Below are positions 50,682 through 60,458 of a DNA stretch of 62,836 nucleotides, in pieces; position 1 is the stretch's first letter; the number at the start of each line of letters is the position of its first letter. Position numbers and translations under genes: made by a program. The notes under the pieces were generated by a model. The model was not told the origin of the DNA, searched no databases, and saw only the letters and a program-made list of their open reading frames with translations. Source of the stretch: a virus (lineage: Duplodnaviria > Caudoviricetes); the IMG/VR virus record IMGVR_UViG_3300009183_000098, positions 1-62,836 of that record. One strand, 5' to 3'.

Positions 50682-51488
50682 ATGTTAGATTTAAACACTT
50701 TGTATCGCAAGTTTATAGACCTAGAAGGATGTTCCGATATTCGTAAAGAGTGGCAACCTGAATACCGAGAATTTTTTAAAGAACAGTATAAATTATATGG
50801 GAACGGTGCGAGAGGATTTGTAAAGAAATTCTTTGTCAGAAATAAATTAAAAGAGTTATATAAAAATGATTGGGAGTTTTTTAACTCATATATAAAAGCA
50901 AAATATGATAGTGGTATAGGACTGAAATTGCTAGCAAGAGAATTGAAAATTTCCTATACTAAAATGAGAAGATTAATGGAGTATCTGGAATTTCCCATCA
51001 GAACAGGTCGTAATGTAGTTACAGAACATTTATGTGCAGTTCGGCATACCAATGCAGTAATTCAAGGCGGTTGGAGAAATAAGAAAACGAAAAATAAAAA
51101 TACAGAGCGAGGTGTGCAAGGTTACTTTTTCAATCAATCTAAGCAACAATATGTATGGTTGCGGTCAACATACGAAGTTATTTTAGCAAAGTGGTTGGAT
51201 AAGAATTGCATGGATTGGGCAGTGGAATCTCACCAATGGATGATAGGAACACAATCATACAGACCAGATTTTTTTATTTACGAAAATAGTGAACTTGTAA
51301 AGATAATAGAAGTTAAAGGATATTATAAAAATAGATTGTGGAAGTTTGAAGAATTAAAAAAAGAACCATCTCTCCAAAATGTTGAGTTTTGCTTAATAGA
51401 CAACATAACTCCGTTTTTGGATGGAAATACATACTTAGGAGAATTAAAATGGTGGAAACAAAACAGATTATTAAAGCTAGAATCGTAA
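50682..51488 (+). CDS. PD-(D/E)xK homing endonuclease inside the fractured nrdJ gene
   Basis: RSTYE...LD, YRPDF, IIEVKG. Confidence 0.8.
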   Translation: MLDLNTLYRKFIDLEGCSDIRKEWQPEYREFFKEQYKLYGNGARGFVKKFFVRNKLKELYKNDWEFFNSYIKAKYDSGIGLKLLARELKISYTKMRRLMEYLEFPIRTGRNVVTEHLCAVRHTNAVIQGGWRNKKTKNKNTERGVQGYFFNQSKQQYVWLRSTYEVILAKWLDKNCMDWAVESHQWMIGTQSYRPDFFIYENSELVKIIEVKGYYKNRLWKFEELKKEPSLQNVEFCLIDNITPFLDGNTYLGELKWWKQNRLLKLES

Positions 51489-51577
51489 AAAAGACGGTCA
51501 GAGAAAATGAAGATGTATATGATTTGACAGTAAGAAAGAATCATAACTTTTTTGCAAACGGATTGTTGGTGCATAAT
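51449..51577 (+). mobile_element. Split intein IntC (43 aa) of NrdJ
   Basis: Basic N-terminus, blocks F and G, HN, +1 residue Cys. Confidence 0.9.
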
Positions 51578-52498
51578 TGCGCAGAAATCAGCCTCCGTCC
51601 ATTCCAATTCTGTAACCTCTGTGAAATTAATGCATCCGACATTGTTGACCAAGACGATTATAATGCACGGGCAAGAGCCGCAGCATTCATCGGCACATTG
51701 CAGGCAAGTTACACCAATTTCCATTATCTTCGTGATATCTGGAAGCGGACCACCGAACGTGAAGCATTGATTGGTGTCGGTATGACAGGCATTGCGTCTG
51801 GGGCAGTATTGAAATTGGATATGAAGGAAGCAGCAAATGTGGTGAAGGCAGAAAACGAACGAGTGGCCGGCATGATTGGTATTAATAAGGCTGCACGAAC
51901 AACGACCGTTAAGCCAAGTGGTACTTCGTCACTGGTGTTGGGTTCCTCGTCGGGCATTCATGCATGGCATAATGAATATTATATTCGTCGTATCCGTGTG
52001 GGTAAGAACGAAAGTATTTATACATACCTGCTGATTAATCATCCAGAACTGTTGGAAGACGAATACTTCAAGCCAAATCAACAGGCTGTTATCTCGGTTC
52101 CACAGAAGGCTCCAGTAGGGGCGGTAACTCGTCAGGAATCGGCTCTAGACTTACTTGCCCGTGTCAGTAAGGTATGGAAGGAGTGGGTGAAGCCCGGCCA
52201 TCGTAAGGGTGAAAATAAGAACAATGTATCGGTTACCGTGACGATTAAGCCAAACGAATGGGAAGAAGTTGGAGAATGGATGTGGACAAATAAAGAAAAT
52301 TTTACCGCATTAAGTGTTCTTCCGCATTCGGAGCATACCTACATTCAGGCGCCGTTCGAAGACATCACTCCAGAACATTACGAAGAATTGGTGGGGCATC
52401 TTCACAATATTGATTTAAGTCAAGTCGTTGAACTTGACGATACTACTGATTTATCTGGCGAACTTGCGTGTGGCGGCGGTGGGTGCGAAGTGATATGA
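51449..52498 (+). CDS. nrdJ: Split intein C-fragment fused to NrdJ C-terminal part
   Basis: AGGAG RBS; VYDLTV..NHNFFANGLLVHN/CAEI; FCNL.E, TVKPSGT; C-terminal CGGGGC. Confidence 0.93.
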   Translation: MVETKQIIKARIVKKTVRENEDVYDLTVRKNHNFFANGLLVHNCAEISLRPFQFCNLCEINASDIVDQDDYNARARAAAFIGTLQASYTNFHYLRDIWKRTTEREALIGVGMTGIASGAVLKLDMKEAANVVKAENERVAGMIGINKAARTTTVKPSGTSSLVLGSSSGIHAWHNEYYIRRIRVGKNESIYTYLLINHPELLEDEYFKPNQQAVISVPQKAPVGAVTRQESALDLLARVSKVWKEWVKPGHRKGENKNNVSVTVTIKPNEWEEVGEWMWTNKENFTALSVLPHSEHTYIQAPFEDITPEHYEELVGHLHNIDLSQVVELDDTTDLSGELACGGGGCEVI

Positions 52499-53208
52499 AG
52501 TTAAAAGATTTGGTCACCATTGTTATTCCTTGCAAAAACGAAGAAAAATATATCGGACACTTGTTGGGAGATTTATTTCTCTCGGTGGAAATTGGAGAAG
52601 TAAGAATTATTATTGCCGATGCAAATTCTACGGACAACACCCGAAATATTATCAAAGATTGGTCATATGGATTGAACATTGAGATAATCCAAGGTGGTTC
52701 GGTTTCTGAAGGAAGAAACAATGGTGCCAAATTAGTTACTACTCCATATATTTTATTTCTTGATGCGGATGTTCGGTTCTTTTCACCGAGCGCCATATAT
52801 GATGCTGTTCAATGTATCCATCGAGAAAATTTAGATTTAGTTACACTGAGTCCGAAAAACTATGGAACTGAGTGGAGAGCATCTATTCTATTCTATCTGT
52901 TTAGTCTATGTAATAAAGTCATGACAAAGTTTACACCGTTTGCTATTGGTGCATTTTTCTTGACTCGTCGTAGTATGTTTGAAGTATTCGGGGGATTTCC
53001 AAATAAGTATGATACCTCCGAAGATTATATTTTAAGTAAACGGTACGATGCAAAGAAATTTAAAATTGTAGACCATCAGTTTGGTCAAGACGAACGCCGA
53101 TTTAAAAAGTTAGGTTATTTGGGAATGATGTGGTATATGACAGTAAACTTCTTCAACCGAAATAACCTAGCACATTTTGAAAAAGCTAAGGTTAATTATT
53201 GGAGTTAA
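52495..53208 (+). CDS. GT2 glycosyltransferase
   Basis: IVIPCKNEE, DA.STD.T, GRNNGA, FLDAD. Confidence 0.88.
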   Translation: MKLKDLVTIVIPCKNEEKYIGHLLGDLFLSVEIGEVRIIIADANSTDNTRNIIKDWSYGLNIEIIQGGSVSEGRNNGAKLVTTPYILFLDADVRFFSPSAIYDAVQCIHRENLDLVTLSPKNYGTEWRASILFYLFSLCNKVMTKFTPFAIGAFFLTRRSMFEVFGGFPNKYDTSEDYILSKRYDAKKFKIVDHQFGQDERRFKKLGYLGMMWYMTVNFFNRNNLAHFEKAKVNYWS

Positions 53209-53474
53209 TGATGCAACTATTTTTTATTTTTCTGTTTCAAATAATTTTTAATGTATTAAAAGTTTGGGAAATAAAATATACTTATCAACATAGAATTTTT
53301 CCTTTATTAATCAATTCAATTTTCATAAATTTAACATCCTTAGCAACAACATTTATATCTGTTACTAGTTTACTTGATGGCAAATGGTCTGTAATTTTCT
53401 TTTATGTAATAGGAAGCGTTATAGGAAAGTATATTGGAATGACAATACACACACATATAAATAAGGTAAACTAA
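53208..53474 (+). CDS. Small membrane protein
   Basis: Three hydrophobic segments. Confidence 0.55.
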   Translation: MMQLFFIFLFQIIFNVLKVWEIKYTYQHRIFPLLINSIFINLTSLATTFISVTSLLDGKWSVIFFYVIGSVIGKYIGMTIHTHINKVN

Positions 53475-53476
53475 CT

Positions 53477-54205
53477 ATGACACGATATAAGGCAATAATT
53501 GTATCCGATGTACATTTAGGAACAGACAATAGTAAAGCAGCAGAATTTTTAGAATTTTTAAACACACACCACACAGACATTCTAATTATTAATGGAGATT
53601 TTGTGGATGGGTGGGCATTGTCCCGTGGCGTTCGGTGGCGAGCAAAACATACGAAGGTAATTTCCAAAGTGTTGGATATCTCCAGAAAAATACCTGTAGT
53701 ATGGATTCGTGGAAACCATGATGAATTTTTACATGAGTTTATGCACATGCATTTGGGTAAACTTCAAGTAGAAGAAAATTACATCTTAGATTTAGGTGAA
53801 GGAAAAAGATATTTTATTTTCCACGGAGATATTCTAGATGTATTTGTTTCTAAATGGAAATGGATTGCAAAAATAGGTGGGCAAGGGTATGACTTAGCAT
53901 TAAAATTAAATACATGGTACAATAAGTGGAGAAAGTGGAGAAAGTTACCATATTACTCCATCTCCAAAGATATTAAGAAGGGTGTGAAGGCAGCAGTAAA
54001 CTACATCACAGATTTTGAAGTGACGGCAACAAAACTTGCAAAACAACATAATTGTGATGGTGTCATCTGTGGACATATTCACCAACCAGAAAATAGACAA
54101 ATTGCAGGAGTACATTATCTGAATTCTGGTGATTGGGTAGAGAGTTTAACCGCAATTGTAATAGACCATAATAATAATATAAGCATAAAGGAGTTTCACA
54201 AATGA
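53477..54205 (+). CDS. LpxH-like metallophosphoesterase
   Basis: SDVHLG, GDFVDGW, GNHD, HGD, CGHIH, NSGDW. Confidence 0.88.
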   Translation: MTRYKAIIVSDVHLGTDNSKAAEFLEFLNTHHTDILIINGDFVDGWALSRGVRWRAKHTKVISKVLDISRKIPVVWIRGNHDEFLHEFMHMHLGKLQVEENYILDLGEGKRYFIFHGDILDVFVSKWKWIAKIGGQGYDLALKLNTWYNKWRKWRKLPYYSISKDIKKGVKAAVNYITDFEVTATKLAKQHNCDGVICGHIHQPENRQIAGVHYLNSGDWVESLTAIVIDHNNNISIKEFHK

Positions 54206-54471
54206 TTACCGTTACTAAATTTAGTTCAAAAACTTGTGGCCCATGTCGCGCTCTAGCTCCTGTATTTCGGGAACTAGAGGACATGACCCTTGATGCAACA
54301 TTTATCTCAGTCGATGTAGAAGAGAAGCCGTCTATTGCACAGTTATATTCTATTCGGACTGTTCCCACCGTTATCATTGAAAAGGATAATGTACTAATTG
54401 AAAAATTTGTAGGACTACAAAGTAAACAAAAGTATATTACCGCTATTAATGCTGCGAGAGATGGGGCGTAA
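54202..54471 (+). CDS. trxA: Thioredoxin
   Basis: CGPC, VDVEE, IRTVPT. Confidence 0.88.
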   Translation: MITVTKFSSKTCGPCRALAPVFRELEDMTLDATFISVDVEEKPSIAQLYSIRTVPTVIIEKDNVLIEKFVGLQSKQKYITAINAARDGA

Positions 54472-54838
54472 AAAGGAAGTAAAAAAGGAAAAAAGTTCAT
54501 TGAATGCAATTGAACAAAAAATGATGAGTGTATTGCATTCAATGAATCTTTCGTATGAGTCTCAAGCAACAATTGATAATTATAATGTTGACTTTTTGAT
54601 TGACGGGAAGTATATTATAGAATGTTATGGAGATTACTGGCATTGTAATCCGTCCCGATATGCCGGCGAGTATTACAATCGTGGGAAGAAAAAAACCGCG
54701 GCAGAAATCTGGAAACGTGATGAAAAACGAAAGCGTGAACTAGAGCAATTGGGATATAAAGTATTATATTTCTGGGAACACGAGATCAATAATAATATTA
54801 AAGATATAAAAGCCGCATTAAAACGATATATTACGTGA
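54461..54838 (+). CDS. Vsr/DUF559-like endonuclease
   Basis: YNVDF...IECYGDYWH, GYKV..FWE. Confidence 0.8.
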   Translation: MGRKKEVKKEKSSLNAIEQKMMSVLHSMNLSYESQATIDNYNVDFLIDGKYIIECYGDYWHCNPSRYAGEYYNRGKKKTAAEIWKRDEKRKRELEQLGYKVLYFWEHEINNNIKDIKAALKRYIT

Positions 54839-54845
54839 GGACAAG

Positions 54846-55223
54846 ATGATTACAGAAATTACGATACGTGAGATGACAACAGGTGTCCCACTGGAAACAT
54901 ATAATGATATATATGTTATTATGTTTTATGGAGAAACCTGTGGTCCGTGTAAAGCAACGATGCCTAATTATGAAACTGTTGCCAATTTTTATAAAGAAAA
55001 AGGCGCACACATTAAATTCTTTAAAATAAACGCATGGGAACCCACGGAACAACAAAGTTATTGTAAAGAGACATGGGGAATACAGGGAGTTCCACATTTC
55101 AAAGTATTTTGTCGTAGTGAGCAAGTAATTGAAAAGGTCGGTGGCGCCGACGAAGCAGGAATGCGAGAATTCATTCAAGATGCAATATACGAAACACTAA
55201 AAAGATTTCAGGAGAAGATGTAA
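54846..55223 (+). CDS. Second thioredoxin-like protein
   Basis: MFY..TCGPCK, IQGVPHF. Confidence 0.82.
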   Translation: MITEITIREMTTGVPLETYNDIYVIMFYGETCGPCKATMPNYETVANFYKEKGAHIKFFKINAWEPTEQQSYCKETWGIQGVPHFKVFCRSEQVIEKVGGADEAGMREFIQDAIYETLKRFQEKM

Positions 55224-55643
55224 ATGAAAGTTAAACGGTTATCAGAAAATTCAGTACTGCCACATAAGGCACACGCAGGTGATTTGGGCTATGATTTGTA
55301 TGCATCAGAGGAAGTAGTTTTGATGGCAGGACAGACAAAGTTAGTATCTACGGGCATTGCCATCCAGTTCCCAGAGGGATATGGTGGATTACTTCGGGAC
55401 CGTTCATCAGTTGCTACCAAACGAAATTTATTTGTGGTCGCCGGTGTAATTGACAATGGATATATCGGAGAAATAATGATTGCCTTACATAACTCCACGG
55501 ATGGATACGAACGCATTACAGTCGGAGAAAAAATTGCTCAATTAATTCTTATTCCAACCGTAAACTTTACCGCAGAAGAAGTAGATGAATTAGTGTCAGC
55601 AGATGAACGAGGAACTGGTGGATTTGGTTCAACGGGGACTTGA
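55224..55643 (+). CDS. dut: Trimeric dUTPase
   Basis: GYDL, RSS, GVID.GY.GE, IAQL, RGTGGFGSTG. Confidence 0.96.
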   Translation: MKVKRLSENSVLPHKAHAGDLGYDLYASEEVVLMAGQTKLVSTGIAIQFPEGYGGLLRDRSSVATKRNLFVVAGVIDNGYIGEIMIALHNSTDGYERITVGEKIAQLILIPTVNFTAEEVDELVSADERGTGGFGSTGT

Positions 55644-55668
55644 CATAAGTACCGGATTGATATATACT
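55640..55668 (+). promoter_or_regulatory. Sigma70-like promoter of polB
   Basis: TTGACA-N17-TATACT. Confidence 0.7.
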
Positions 55669-55698
55669 TAAGATAGTTCTTCTCATTTAAGAGGTTAC

Positions 55699-58224
55699 AT
55701 GGCGTATCAAAATATTTTTATAGATTCAACATCCGACGAACAAACAGTATATATCTGGGATGATGCACAGGGACTTATTACCCTACCATTGTCAGAATTT
55801 AATTATGCATACGTCCGTGACCCGAAAGGAAAGTATATCAGTATGACGGGAGAACGCCTCAGTAAAACGAGGCGTTTCATCCGTGGTAACCCCAACGTAT
55901 TTGAAAGTGACCTTCCAAAAGAAACTCGCGTTCTTACGGATTTGTATTTGAATGAAGATATGCCGTCAGAAGGGAATATTATATTGTTTTTTGACATTGA
56001 GGTGTCAATGGAAAATGGTATTCCTAATACACAAAAACCAAATAATGAAATCACTTCTATTGCATTTTGTGATAATATTACCAATGAATATAGTGTATTA
56101 GTATTGGATAAATCTGGTGTATATGAAAATGTAACAAAGAATGGAGCAGCGGTTTATTTCTTTCAAACAGAAATGGATCTTCTTCATGCGTTTGTTAATC
56201 AGTACGAACAAATTACACCAACGATTATTACGGGGTGGAACAGTAATGGATTTGACGTACCGTATCTATATAATCGTATAAAGCAGATTTGTGGAGCCAG
56301 TATTGCCAATCGGCTTAGTCCTATCGGTAAAGTAAAATACTCTGATAGATTGGAACGTTATCGCGTTGCTGGCGTAAGCTCGCTAGATTACTTGGATTTA
56401 TATAAGAAATATACATATACTCAGCAACCTAACTATCGTCTTGATACAATTGGGCGATTGGAAGTAGGAATGGGTAAAGTAGATTATGATGGGTCTTTGG
56501 ACGATTTGTTTCGCGATGACCTAGAAAAATTTATTGAGTATAATTTGCAAGACGTTCGTATCATTGTTGATTTGGATAAAAAGCTAAAGCTTATCGACTT
56601 GGTTCGTGGTATCTGTCATCTTGGCCACGTACCATATGAAGATTATCCAATGGCATCACGCGTACTTGAGGGCACGATTGTTACCTATCTACATCGAAAA
56701 GGAATTATTGTTTCTGACAAACCAAAGGATAGTAAAGAAAAAATGGAAGCACTAGACCGCGGTGAAGAAGGATTTGTGGGCGCTTATGTACAAGAACCAG
56801 TTCCTGGATTATATGATTGGGTATATTCACTCGACTTACAATCACTGTACCCAAGTATCATTATGAGTTTGAATATCTCTCCAGAGACAAAGGTTGCTAA
56901 GGTATTGAACTTTGACATGGAAAAACATTTACGTAAAGAAATTGTTGCCTATGTGGTTCAAGAAATTGGCGATGAGATGACAGTGGAACTAGAGCATGAT
57001 GCCTTTGTTAATTTCTTAAAGGAAAATAATCTTACGATGGCATCGAACGGCGTGTTGTATAATACAGTAACGAAGGGTATTATCCCCGAAGTTTTAAATG
57101 AATGGTTTGCCAAACGTGTGGAGTATAAGAATCTCATGAAGAAGTATACTACAGAGGGTGATAAGGTGCAAGCAGCCTATTATGACCAACGCCAACATAT
57201 TCAGAAGATTTTCTTGAACTCATTGTATGGTGTGTTGGGGTTACCCGTGTTTCGTTTCTATGACGTTGACAATGCGGCCGCAGTAACATTGACGGGGCAA
57301 GATGTTATTAAGACTACTGCTAAGTTTATTAATAAAAAATATGAAAAGGTAACGGGTGAACAGAAAGACCATTGTGTATATGTTGATACTGACTCCGTAT
57401 ACTTTCCAGCAAAACCATTGTTTGTTGAAGGAAGTGCTGATGACCTTGCTTCCACGATTGGTATTGCCTATGACATGGAAAATACGTTGAATACATTCTA
57501 TGATTCTATGGCAAAGCGTATGTTCAATTGTGATGACCATAAGTTCCACATTAAGGGAGAAAGTGTCGCCAAGACGGGATTCTGGGTAGCTAAGAAGCGA
57601 TATGCACTAGATAAGGTATATGATTTGGAAACCCGCCAGAATGTCAGTAAACTCGTTGTAAAGGGATTGGATGTCGTAAGATCATCTTTTCCCAAAGCAT
57701 TTCGGGAATTCATGACGCAGATGTTGAAAGATATTTTGGGCAGAGTAGATAAGAACGAATTAGACGAGAAGATTCTTGCGTTAAAAACTTCATTGAAGAC
57801 TCGTCATTATTTAGAAGTTGCACGAAATACTTCGGCAAATAATATCAGTCAGTTTGCCGCAGGAGAGGGGGGTGGAGGAATCAACCGATTCAAGAAAGGA
57901 ACTCCTGCGCATATTAAAGCAGCAATCGTATACAATAGATTATTGACGCACTTTGGCATTAATAAACAATATGCGACTATCGCAGACGGGGAAAAGATTA
58001 AATACATGATGCTAAAACCAAATGATTTAAGAATAGAATCGTTAGCAGTAAAGGGTTATAACGATCCTCCACAAATTATGGATATGGTTACGGAATATAT
58101 TGACACTGATGCATTATTTGATAACGAATTGCGAAATAAACTACAAGATTTCTATACTGCACTTGGATATGGTATCTTACCAACCGATAAAAATTTAAAC
58201 GCATCGAACTTTTTCAGCTTCTGA
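55699..58224 (+). CDS. polB: Family B DNA polymerase
   Basis: FDIE, GWN..FD, DLQSLYPSII, K..LNSLYG, YVDTDS, KKRYA. Confidence 0.97.
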   Translation: MAYQNIFIDSTSDEQTVYIWDDAQGLITLPLSEFNYAYVRDPKGKYISMTGERLSKTRRFIRGNPNVFESDLPKETRVLTDLYLNEDMPSEGNIILFFDIEVSMENGIPNTQKPNNEITSIAFCDNITNEYSVLVLDKSGVYENVTKNGAAVYFFQTEMDLLHAFVNQYEQITPTIITGWNSNGFDVPYLYNRIKQICGASIANRLSPIGKVKYSDRLERYRVAGVSSLDYLDLYKKYTYTQQPNYRLDTIGRLEVGMGKVDYDGSLDDLFRDDLEKFIEYNLQDVRIIVDLDKKLKLIDLVRGICHLGHVPYEDYPMASRVLEGTIVTYLHRKGIIVSDKPKDSKEKMEALDRGEEGFVGAYVQEPVPGLYDWVYSLDLQSLYPSIIMSLNISPETKVAKVLNFDMEKHLRKEIVAYVVQEIGDEMTVELEHDAFVNFLKENNLTMASNGVLYNTVTKGIIPEVLNEWFAKRVEYKNLMKKYTTEGDKVQAAYYDQRQHIQKIFLNSLYGVLGLPVFRFYDVDNAAAVTLTGQDVIKTTAKFINKKYEKVTGEQKDHCVYVDTDSVYFPAKPLFVEGSADDLASTIGIAYDMENTLNTFYDSMAKRMFNCDDHKFHIKGESVAKTGFWVAKKRYALDKVYDLETRQNVSKLVVKGLDVVRSSFPKAFREFMTQMLKDILGRVDKNELDEKILALKTSLKTRHYLEVARNTSANNISQFAAGEGGGGINRFKKGTPAHIKAAIVYNRLLTHFGINKQYATIADGEKIKYMMLKPNDLRIESLAVKGYNDPPQIMDMVTEYIDTDALFDNELRNKLQDFYTALGYGILPTDKNLNASNFFSF

Positions 58225-58264
58225 TAGATATTTATAATGGGAACAAGATTAAAGGAGAACCATT

Positions 58265-58984
58265 ATGTATACAAGAAACTGTCCACAGTGCGATGAGATT
58301 ATTACCTATAAAAACAAATATTATTATAATGAATGTAATAAACTTAGTAGAGTGTGTCGCAAATGTGGAGATATAAATGCCAGTAAAAGTAAATGGAGTA
58401 ATCCAGAAATACGACAAAAAATGTTAAAGGCAAAAAAATTTACAGGTAGACAACATACAAAAGAGACTCGTCAAAAAATGTCAATTGCTAAATTGGGTGA
58501 GAAACATCCTATGTATGGTAAAACAATTAATGAAAATACACGTAACGCATTATCAATTGCAAATAAGAATAAAGTTTATACAGAAGAATATAGAAATAAC
58601 TTAAGTTTATCTGGGAAAAACAGAGTTTTTACCGAGACACATAAAGAAAATATATCTAATTCATTACGTAAATATGTTGCATCGTGTTACCCAAGTGGGC
58701 CCAGATATAATAAACGTGCGTGTATAATATTTGAAGAAATAAATAAAGAACTTGGTTGGTCTGGGCGCCATGCAGAAAATGGTGGTGAATTTTTAATAAA
58801 AGAGTTAGGTTATTGGGTGGATTTCTATGAACCTAATTTAAATATTATTATTGAATTTGATGAAAAGAATCATAAATATAAACGTAACCATGATCTGATT
58901 CGGCAAAAAAGAATAATAGATTTATTAGGATGTAAATTTTATAGAATATCAGAAGGAGATGAATGGAGAATGATAATAACTTAA
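58265..58984 (+). CDS. Homing endonuclease (zinc ribbon, NUMOD3, PD-(D/E)xK-like C-terminus)
   Basis: RNCPQC, HTKETRQKMS, YWVDFY...IIEFDE..H. Confidence 0.8.
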   Translation: MYTRNCPQCDEIITYKNKYYYNECNKLSRVCRKCGDINASKSKWSNPEIRQKMLKAKKFTGRQHTKETRQKMSIAKLGEKHPMYGKTINENTRNALSIANKNKVYTEEYRNNLSLSGKNRVFTETHKENISNSLRKYVASCYPSGPRYNKRACIIFEEINKELGWSGRHAENGGEFLIKELGYWVDFYEPNLNIIIEFDEKNHKYKRNHDLIRQKRIIDLLGCKFYRISEGDEWRMIIT

Positions 58985-59010
58985 TGCCAATAAATAATGT
59001 ATAATACCCC

Positions 59011-59039
59011 TTGACTTTTGGGGTGGAATAGGTTATATT
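59011..59039 (+). promoter_or_regulatory. Sigma70-like promoter of the ligase operon
   Basis: TTGACT-N17-TATATT. Confidence 0.7.
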
Positions 59040-59067
59040 ACTAGTATACCACAACCGAGGTCAAAAT

Positions 59068-59199
59068 ATGTGTAAGTACTGTATCAAATACTTTAAGCTG
59101 CTCTCCCGCCATTGCACGGCATATTCCTATGGTGAATGTGATTGTCCGAAGTGTCAAGGCATGTGTACCTGTGAATCTAACAACCAGCGGTATATCTAA
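59068..59199 (+). CDS. 43-aa Cys-rich protein (not in ORF track)
   Basis: GAGGT RBS; MCKYCIKYFKLLSRHCTAYSYGECDCPKCQGMCTCESNNQRYI. Confidence 0.65.
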   Translation: MCKYCIKYFKLLSRHCTAYSYGECDCPKCQGMCTCESNNQRYI

Positions 59200-59301
59200 A
59201 TGATTGATGACTCTATGGATGAATACTGGGGATTGATGGTGTTTGGTGTAGGCCTTCTTTTGATGGGGATGGGTAAACTTTTTAAGCGGTGGTTTCGATG
59301 A
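59200..59301 (+). CDS. 33-aa single-pass membrane peptide (not in ORF track)
   Basis: MIDDSMDEYWGLMVFGVGLLLMGMGKLFKRWFR; abuts previous stop; ATGA overlap with ligase. Confidence 0.55.
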   Translation: MIDDSMDEYWGLMVFGVGLLLMGMGKLFKRWFR

Positions 59302-60458
59302 AAAATCTTAAGTCTAGCGATTGGCTAATTTCCGAAAATAAGGCCGGTAACCGTAAGTTCTGGCGGTTGCACATCCTTCAAGACGATTCCGCATATGACG
59401 AGGGGCGCCGTGCTGCCACCATCAATTTCTATACACAGACCGAATGGTATCAGTTGACCAAGACGGGCCGTGAAACGAAGAAGCAACAGTCTGAACCGTA
59501 CTTTGCCGCACCGACTAACGTTGGCCGAGCAAACGAACGCAACAGTGAAGCACAGGCGTTCTTTGAGTTCGATGCCATTATCAAGAAGCAGTTGGATGCG
59601 GGATTCTATCGGGAAGGTGAGAAGGTCGATAGTTGGCCGATGCCGATGTTGGCACACAAGTTCAAGGACCATATGAATAAGGTGGAATGGCCGTCGTACA
59701 TTCAGCCCAAGTTGAATGGCATGCGTATGTTGTTCAACGGCACGGAAGCACGCAGTCGGGGTAACAAAGAAATTATTCCCGAAGTGATTCAGCATTTGCA
59801 GTTTGATACGGGTGGATTCATGCTTGATGGCGAACTGATGCTTCCGAATAATCAGTTGTTGCAGGAAAGTATGAAGGCTATCAAGAAGTATCGTCCAGAA
59901 CTGTCTCCGCTACTCATGTATCATGTGTATGACATCGTGGACAATGAACTTCCATACGCCATGCGCCAGCAGATTATTGTTGACTTGATGCATAACGCCC
60001 CACCGAATGTCGTCATGGTGAAGACGGTGGAATGTATGGATGAAACGGAAGTTTATGAGCAGCACACGCAGTTTGTGTCAGACGGGTACGAAGGCACAAT
60101 GATTCGTAATCCGTCGATGGAATATGAAATTGGAAAACGTTCCTATTCACTACTTAAACTAAAGGATTTTGTTGATGCAGAATATCGTATTGTCGGATTT
60201 GAGGGAGGGAATGGTTCTTTTGAAAAATCCATTATATTTATATGTGATGCTGGTAATGGAAATACATTCAAGGTAGTCCCGGAAGGCCCCATACAATATA
60301 AACAACAGTTGTGGCTGGATAGACACTCCTTGATGAATGGCTGGCTCACCGTTAGGTACCAAGAATTAAGTCGCGATTGCGTCCCAATCTTTCCAGTTGG
60401 GGTATCAATACGTGACTTTGGAGATTTTTATGTGGATACGAAACTGCCCCAAGTGTGA
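59298..60458 (+). CDS. lig: ATP-dependent DNA ligase
   Basis: PMLA, QPKLNG.R, LDGEL, YEG.MIR, LLKLK, OB domain ending PIFPV. Confidence 0.93.
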   Translation: MKNLKSSDWLISENKAGNRKFWRLHILQDDSAYDEGRRAATINFYTQTEWYQLTKTGRETKKQQSEPYFAAPTNVGRANERNSEAQAFFEFDAIIKKQLDAGFYREGEKVDSWPMPMLAHKFKDHMNKVEWPSYIQPKLNGMRMLFNGTEARSRGNKEIIPEVIQHLQFDTGGFMLDGELMLPNNQLLQESMKAIKKYRPELSPLLMYHVYDIVDNELPYAMRQQIIVDLMHNAPPNVVMVKTVECMDETEVYEQHTQFVSDGYEGTMIRNPSMEYEIGKRSYSLLKLKDFVDAEYRIVGFEGGNGSFEKSIIFICDAGNGNTFKVVPEGPIQYKQQLWLDRHSLMNGWLTVRYQELSRDCVPIFPVGVSIRDFGDFYVDTKLPQV

